Shown here: positions 20,058 to 26,322 of the stretch, piece by piece
Position numbering within the stretch: position 1 is the stretch's first letter
How the letters are laid out: the number at the start of each line of letters is the position of its first letter
Assembly (NCBI GenBank): GCA_001179505.1
Contig: CDMY01000730.1
Location: 1 to 26,322, forward strand
Length of the DNA: 26,322 bases
Reading direction: 5' to 3'
Origin: Vitrella brassicaformis CCMP3155
Taxonomy: Eukaryota; Protista; Chromerida
Program-made: the position numbers and the translations under genes
Notes under the pieces: generated by a model
Databases searched by the model: none
Told to the model about the DNA's origin: nothing
What the model saw: only the letters and a program-made list of their open reading frames with translations

Positions 20058-23000
20058 CTATTCCCTCTTGAGTCTCTTAGTGGGTTGTTCATCCAGGTAG
20101 TAGCCCGTGCCCTGTTCGTCCCGCTTGAACGAGTACCCAGCACGCGGGCCCTCAAACTTGGCCGCAGCCACAAACGGCTCCTTCTTTGCTTCCACTCCAT
20201 TAGCACCGCCCCCCTGCTGCTGCTGCCGCTTGGTGCCCTGTGGCTCTTGCTTGGCCGACTTCAGTAATTCGCTCACTTGCGCGTTGACTGCGTTGGGGTC
20301 GGTGTCGTTCTTGGGGTCGTCAGAGGAGGGGGGTGCGGCTGCAGCGGGGCCGTTGGGCTGGTTCTCGATCTCCATCTGACCGCAGAAGACAGACAAGGGA
20401 AGGCCAGTGGACACGATGGAACAAATTGTGTGCATGCGTGTGACGGACCGGTGCTGGCTCTTGCTTTGCCTCGAGGACCAGCTTGCCGTGGAGGGCGTCA
20501 TGGATGACTACAGGACAAATCAGTGAATGAAAGAGACATCATACAACAGCCACAACACAGCATAGTGACCGACCATGAATGGATGGGCACTTGTGTGTGT
20601 ATGTGCGTGATTGCTTACTTGCAGTGATGGACTCCACCTTGAGCGAGTCGGGGTAGATCTCGTCCACAAACTTGCGAAGCTTCTGCACAGCAAAGGAGAG
20701 GAATCGGTGCACCTATCATGTGTGTGCACATGTGCTGCTGCCGACAGACCTCTGCGATTGAGAGGCGCCAGTTCTCGACGCGCTTGACGATGCGGTTCCA
20801 GGCCAAACCTGAATGGGCACCTCACACGGACACATTTTGGTTAGCCCTTGACGGCCCTCCCTCCCCCCTTGTCTGACCTCTGTTTGGTTCCGACTGGTGA
20901 CAGCGATTGATGACGTCACGCTGCTGCTCCTGAGCATTTTTCCATGGACAGTCAGCAAGACATGCAGATGGATGGATGGATGGATGGTCAGAATGAAGTG
21001 TGTATGCAGCAGCCGAACGTCCTACCTCTGTGCCGTTCTCGAGTTCGAAGGCCAGGAATGCGCCCCACGCATTGCCCAGACTGTCAGACAGGCACACATA
21101 CACATACACACAGATAGAAATGGACCGAAGGAAGCTGCATCTCTGGTTGTTGTGTCTGAAGTTGCTCACCCAGGGTTGAGTGTGACGGCTCGGTTGAACC
21201 ACTTGCGGGCCTTGGCGATCTTGCCGTCACGCCAAAACAACCTGACGCAGCCAAGCAGCCAACCAAGGCACAGCACATTGGTGCTGATGGACGTCTGCAG
21301 GCTGCTTGCTTTCCTTCTGTGTCAACTGACCTGGCTACGGCCACGATGACATTGGCGTCATTCTCACACTTGGTCAGGGCGTCGACCGACTTGGCGTTCT
21401 GCATCCATCAGCCCACATGCCAACAACCGAGCACATGCACGCTGATTAATATGAAAGGCTTGCAGCCACGCCTGTGGCCGACCTGTGCGCTTTTGGGTTC
21501 AAGTTCGATGGCCTCCGCCCAGAGTGTGCCTGACGTGGGGCACTCCTGCAGTGCGCGCGACATCATGTGGTGCGCCATCTTGGGGTTGTCGGCCGCACGC
21601 TCGATCTGCACCGCCGCCAACCACAAATCCTCAGACTTGGGGTTCTTTAGACGCGCCTGATGGGATGGGACAGCAATGGGTTGGGATGCACACAGGATGA
21701 GGCACTCATGATTCGCTGTCCTGTGGATCTACGTGAGTGCTCTCGTGAATCGGACCTTTTCGAGCAGTGCTCGAGCCTTGGTCCAGTTGCCCTGACGCTT
21801 CTGGCAGTCGAGCGCACAAAGCCACAGGGGCACTGCCTTGGTGCACACCTGCAGACCTGATGGACGCACAGATTATGCAGCAAAGAAGACGACCAAGTCA
21901 GTGGCGGACCAAACAGCGAATTCGCGATTTCCCCGCTGACCTCTGTTGAAAAAGTCGGCGGCCATGTCGAGGTTGGGTGGGTCTTCCTCCATGTACAGCT
22001 GCCCACCTGCATTGGGGGGGAGGGAGGGGGGCAAAGAGGAAGGAGGGAAGAAGGCAGACAGACAGTGACCCACACCCGGGTACCCACGGATCCATCGAAT
22101 GAATGGTGGCTGCCTGCTTACCGATCATCCAGAGTTTTGCGAATGTGGGGTGGTGCTGTAGCGCCTCTTCGACGAGCTCGTGTGCTTTGGTGCGCTTCGG
22201 GTCGTCGGTGTGCTCGCGCTCCAGCTGCACCGATTGCATCCACACCTGACACGACACGGGGATCCACATGTGAGTATCATGACGGAAAGGAGTGTTGGTC
22301 GGTGTGGGATGCATGGTACCCGCGTATTGAAGATGTGCATATAGACAGTGCATACATACCTTGGGCGTGTTGCAGTCCCTGCGTGCCTTCTCGAGGAGCG
22401 CCCTCGCACGCTCCACCTCGTTGTTCTCGCGCTCAAGCTTCACCGCTGCCTGCAGACACGCACATCCCCATTTACCCACGGGGATGGTTTGCATGGATGT
22501 ATGTACCAGTGAGATGGCCTCCGAGTTGCCGCTTTGTGAGTAGGCCTCTGCGAGTATCTGTCTGGCGGCCGGCACGTCGCCCTGCAGCCACTTCTGCTTG
22601 GCAGCCATCAGCCACAACACCTCCTCCTTCGGACAAAACGACACCGCCTGCACAGAGCATAGCAGCACACAGCAGAGGAAATGCACCCACGATGATTTTG
22701 GTCAGTCAGTGGTGGGTGATCGGTCACCCGTTGCAGGACAGCGTCGAGTGACTCTGCGGTGCCATGTTTGGTCTCGAGGTCTGCGAGTGCCATCCAGAGG
22801 CTCTTCTTGGTCTTGAGGATGTCCAGCGCGTTGTTGTACAAAGCACGGGCCGTCTCAATCGAACCTGTTCGACAGGATCCAACAGACGCGAGCAGAGAAC
22901 ACACACGTAAATACAGCTGAATGGTGACACGTGGGTAGGTTTGTGTTGGGGTGTCTGCACCTCTGGCGATGCAGCCCTGTGCGTCCTCCTTCCAGATGTT

Positions 23001-26000
23001 CTTCATGTTGACGTCCTCTACACCCACCTCCATAGTCGCCTGCATTCACACAACACACCACACATCAACGCAATCAGTGAGTGACGTCACTTCGCCTCTG
23101 TCTGTGGGATGTCTTATGTGTGACCTTGACGATTGCCCTGCACGTGTTGACGTGTCCCGACTTCTCGGCCTCCTCGGCGAGTTTGAGCCATGTCTCGCGC
23201 TCCAGCGTCACGTGGAACTTGTTGGCCAAACTCTCCAGCGCACGATTGATGATGACGTCCACCTTATCCGACACACACAGCACAGAGAAAAAGGCCAGGC
23301 CATGCAGTGCGAAGAGATGCGAAACCAAGAGCATTGTGTGTGCTGTGTTTGTCGGCTGGCCCCCTCCCCTCCCGACGTACGTACGTACCTTTGAGACGTT
23401 GTTTTGCGTTTCCTCGAGTTTGGCTGCTGAGACCCAGATGACAGGGCTGGTGGGTACCTTGAGTCTGGCCTGGTTGAGGACTTTCTGGGCCTCCTTGTAG
23501 GTGGACAGCCTGGCGAGCGCCAGCCACATCTCGACGGCCTGCGGGACGCACTCGACCGCCCTGCTCAGCAGAATGCGCGCGTTGCCCTCGTCCTCCAGCG
23601 ACACGGCCTCCTTCCACAGACGCACCGAGTTGGGGATGAACTCCAGCGCCTTCCGCAATACCGTCGCCTTCATCTCCTTCTCCGTCTCACGGTTCATCGC
23701 GTCAAGCCATAGGCGCACCTGCACTCCCATGGAACAATCCACGACAGGATGTCTTGCTGTGGGGTCTGGTGTTGGCTGGTCGGTTGGTCTCTTTCTTACC
23801 GAGTGCGGCATTTGTTTGACTGCTTTGGCGAGTACGGCTTTGGCGTTGGCAGGTTTCTCCAAGCGAGCCGCCTCGAGCCACACGTCCTCACTGTTGGGGC
23901 AGTGCTTGCACCCCTGAGCTATCAACTCACGCGCAGCGATTATCTTGCCTGGCACAAACAACCAGCCAACACAGAGACAGAGAAGAGCAGGAGGCATGTC
24001 GCCATATCATGCCGTCCGTAATGTGGTGGTCAGTGCACTGTGGGTGTCCGACTTACCGGCGAGTTCCTCGAGTCGCGTGGCAGCGATCCATCCGGGTGGG
24101 TGTTTGGGGTTGGTCGTGATGACGGACTTGAGCAGCAGACGGGCCTTCTTGATGTCAGCTATGTCGGCATCGCTCTTCAACTGACCAACCAACCAACCAG
24201 CCACATGACACAACACCCATGTGCTGTGCCTGTGCGTCCCTTCCGCCAGCCGTCTGTGTGGCCTGCCCTGCCCACCTACCTGCATAGAATTGAGGTCTGT
24301 GAGGTATCCCTTAGGGTCCATCACTGTCTGCCCCGACACGCTGTCCATGACCTTGTCAAGCTTCACCGACAGCACCTTCTCGCGTGCCTCGCCCAGGTCG
24401 TTGAGCGATGACGATGCGCTGCCCATCGGCGTCCGCAGACCCAGAGGCGTCGACAGCCCACCCAGGGGAGTCGACAAACCTGATCGATCCAACAACACCA
24501 CAACACGTGGATATGGGGGACGAGGCAATCAACGAAGGCATCTATCTGGGCTGATCTCGGCTATCTGACCGACCGAGGGGCGTCCTGAGCCCCATGGGTG
24601 TCTGCAGTCCCATGGGCGTTGAGAGGCCCCCGATGGGCGTCTGCGAGCCCATCATGGGCGTGGCCAGACCGCTTCGCTGCACCGTGCCTGTGCTGCGGCC
24701 AGACAGCTGGGCGCCGTGCAACAGGTAGTCGGGCGCCGGCATCAACCTGCAAACAATGGGTGGGTGGACCTTGCCGCACCTCATGTGCGTCTGTTGGGTG
24801 GGGGGGGTGTTACACACGTACTGTTGTGGTTTCTTCTGTTTGTTCTTGATGCTCGTGTCGCCCGAGTCGGGGATCGCCTCCCACTCCTCTGAGCCAAACA
24901 CAGACAGACAGACAGACAGACAGGAGGACAGAAGAGCCAACACAACACAGCAATATTGTGGTGAGTGAATGTGTTTATGGTGTTTCCCTGTAGGTGCATA
25001 TACCTCGGCTGACGTTGCCGAGGTTGCGTTTCAGATCGGCGAATTGCGCCTGGATGGTAGGCCTGACGTGAGAAAGCAGAAGGACCGAAACATGTCTGGA
25101 TGCTCAAGCCAGATCTGGCTGCTCGCTTCACGTGGTTGCTCACTTCTCCGCACGAAGTTTGGCGAGCTCTTCCTTGAGCTTCTGCTCCCTGAGAGATGAT
25201 GCACACATAGAGAACGTGCCACGCGGTGCCGTGCAACCCCAGCTTGCTTTTTCGAGTGCCCATGCATGATCGTCCCCGACTGTCTGACCGCTGCCTGACT
25301 GACCTTCGAGATTTCCTCCTGAAATCCATGGTGCGATCGATGTCCTCGTAGATCTCATCCGCCTGCCGATCCTCGTCGTCATACCTGCACCCATCACACA
25401 TCACGCCGTCATCTCACCCCCTCCCTCCCTCCCTCCCTCCCTCCCTTTGTCCCCTGACTGACTCAGCGTCTTTGAAGAGCGACTCAGCATATCCGCTGAA
25501 TTCGTCGTAGTTTGCGTCACTGTAGTCGGCCTTGTCGTGGTCCACCGTGTCGTCACGCGACACACCGCCCGCAAACCCCGTCGCACCACGACCGCGACCC
25601 GGGACATAACCCGCCGGCGGCGCACCCCACGGCCTGACACACATTCATTTATCGCAGATACATTCGACGCACATCAGTTGACCACATGTGGTGTCATTTG
25701 GAGAGGGGCGTGTGGTGGGTTGTGTTGGCTTACCCACTGCCGCCTCCGCGGCCGCCTCCATCTCCCCTGCCCGCACCAGGAACGACTGGCGCTACGCCCA
25801 AATCAGCTCGGGTGGTGAACGATCTGGCACTGACACACACCAAACACAGCCACAAAAAGGAGATGGATGCATGGGAGGGACACATACGAATGACGTGTGC
25901 GGGTGGGTGTTGTGTTTGTTAGTTACCCTCTTCCCAGCCCGACGCTGTATCCTTCGGGAACCGGCGGCACAGCATTTGGATCAAACTTCCGAGCACCAGG

Positions 26001-26012
26001 GAGCAACGACAT
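20058..26012 (-). CDS. PRP6: Pre-mRNA processing factor 6 (Prp6/STA1; U4/U6.U5 tri-snRNP HAT-repeat protein), more than 20 introns
   Basis: Motifs [174 protein letters not shown] and GNAWG. ATG at 26012-26010; stop at 20060-20058. Confidence 0.96.
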
Positions 26013-26173
26013 GCTGCTGCTCCAAGCGACGACACCGGCGTTCGGTCACGCCCTAAAGAAGCGACATGACACAGTGAACAAAGATGGATGTCAAATCTAC
26101 GTCGGCCTGCGTCGATGGCGTTTCCTCACTGGGAAAACGTGTGAAAGATCTGTCAGAAGTGCAAGTCGGTCCA

Positions 26174-26194
26174 GGGTTTAGGGTCTAGGGTTCA
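26174..26194 (+). repeat. Three degenerate telomere-like heptamers upstream of PRP6 (possible telo-box-like promoter element)
   Basis: GGGTTTA GGGTCTA GGGTTCA, about 160 bp upstream of the PRP6 ATG. Confidence 0.6.
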
Positions 26195-26322
26195 TAGACC
26201 GACGATCCACTGATCTGTGAGACAGGACGGCTGTTGAGTCTTTGTCCGTTCCATGAGACAGGCCATGGCGGACAGGACGTCAGACAGAATGGACTGACGC
26301 ATACTACATGTCCTACGTGGAC

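Noticed and set aside
24890-24925. (GACA)n, (GT)n, (GATG)n and (CCCT)n tracts here and throughout
   Set aside because: Ordinary intronic microsatellites typical of this genome style.
26200-26322. Repeated GACAGG/GACAGA words at the window end, possibly an element terminus
   Set aside because: Too short and irregular, and truncated by the window edge; cannot be supported.

Overview
Eukaryotic, GC-rich, intron-dense genomic DNA. Short GT-AG introns are full of (GT)n, (GATG)n and (GACA)n microsatellites. The style, together with an apicomplexan-like Prp6 motif, suggests a chromerid alveolate such as Vitrella brassicaformis (inference, not a database hit). Left to right: 3' part of a Nup58/Nup49-like FG nucleoporin (+); a small unknown spliced gene (-); a ~5 kb multi-pass membrane protein gene with C-terminal LRRs (+); a small coiled-coil gene (-); a frameshifted, signal-peptide-bearing Methyltransf_22/FkbM-like methyltransferase (+); a disordered/coiled-coil hypothetical gene (-); a 3.3 kb TA-flanked Tc1/mariner-pogo-type element with perfect 24-bp TIRs, containing a second left end, a nested second TIR element, decayed spliced cargo and a 300-N gap; a translin/TRAX-family gene (-) combining TRAX catalytic residues with a translin-type C-terminus; Sua5/TsaC2 with an apparent bipartite plastid leader (+); and a complete PRP6 gene (-) with a duplicated N-terminal motif, expanded TP repeats and an unusual C-terminal extension. 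All exon structures were read by eye. Most ORF-track entries are shadow frames of these spliced genes.
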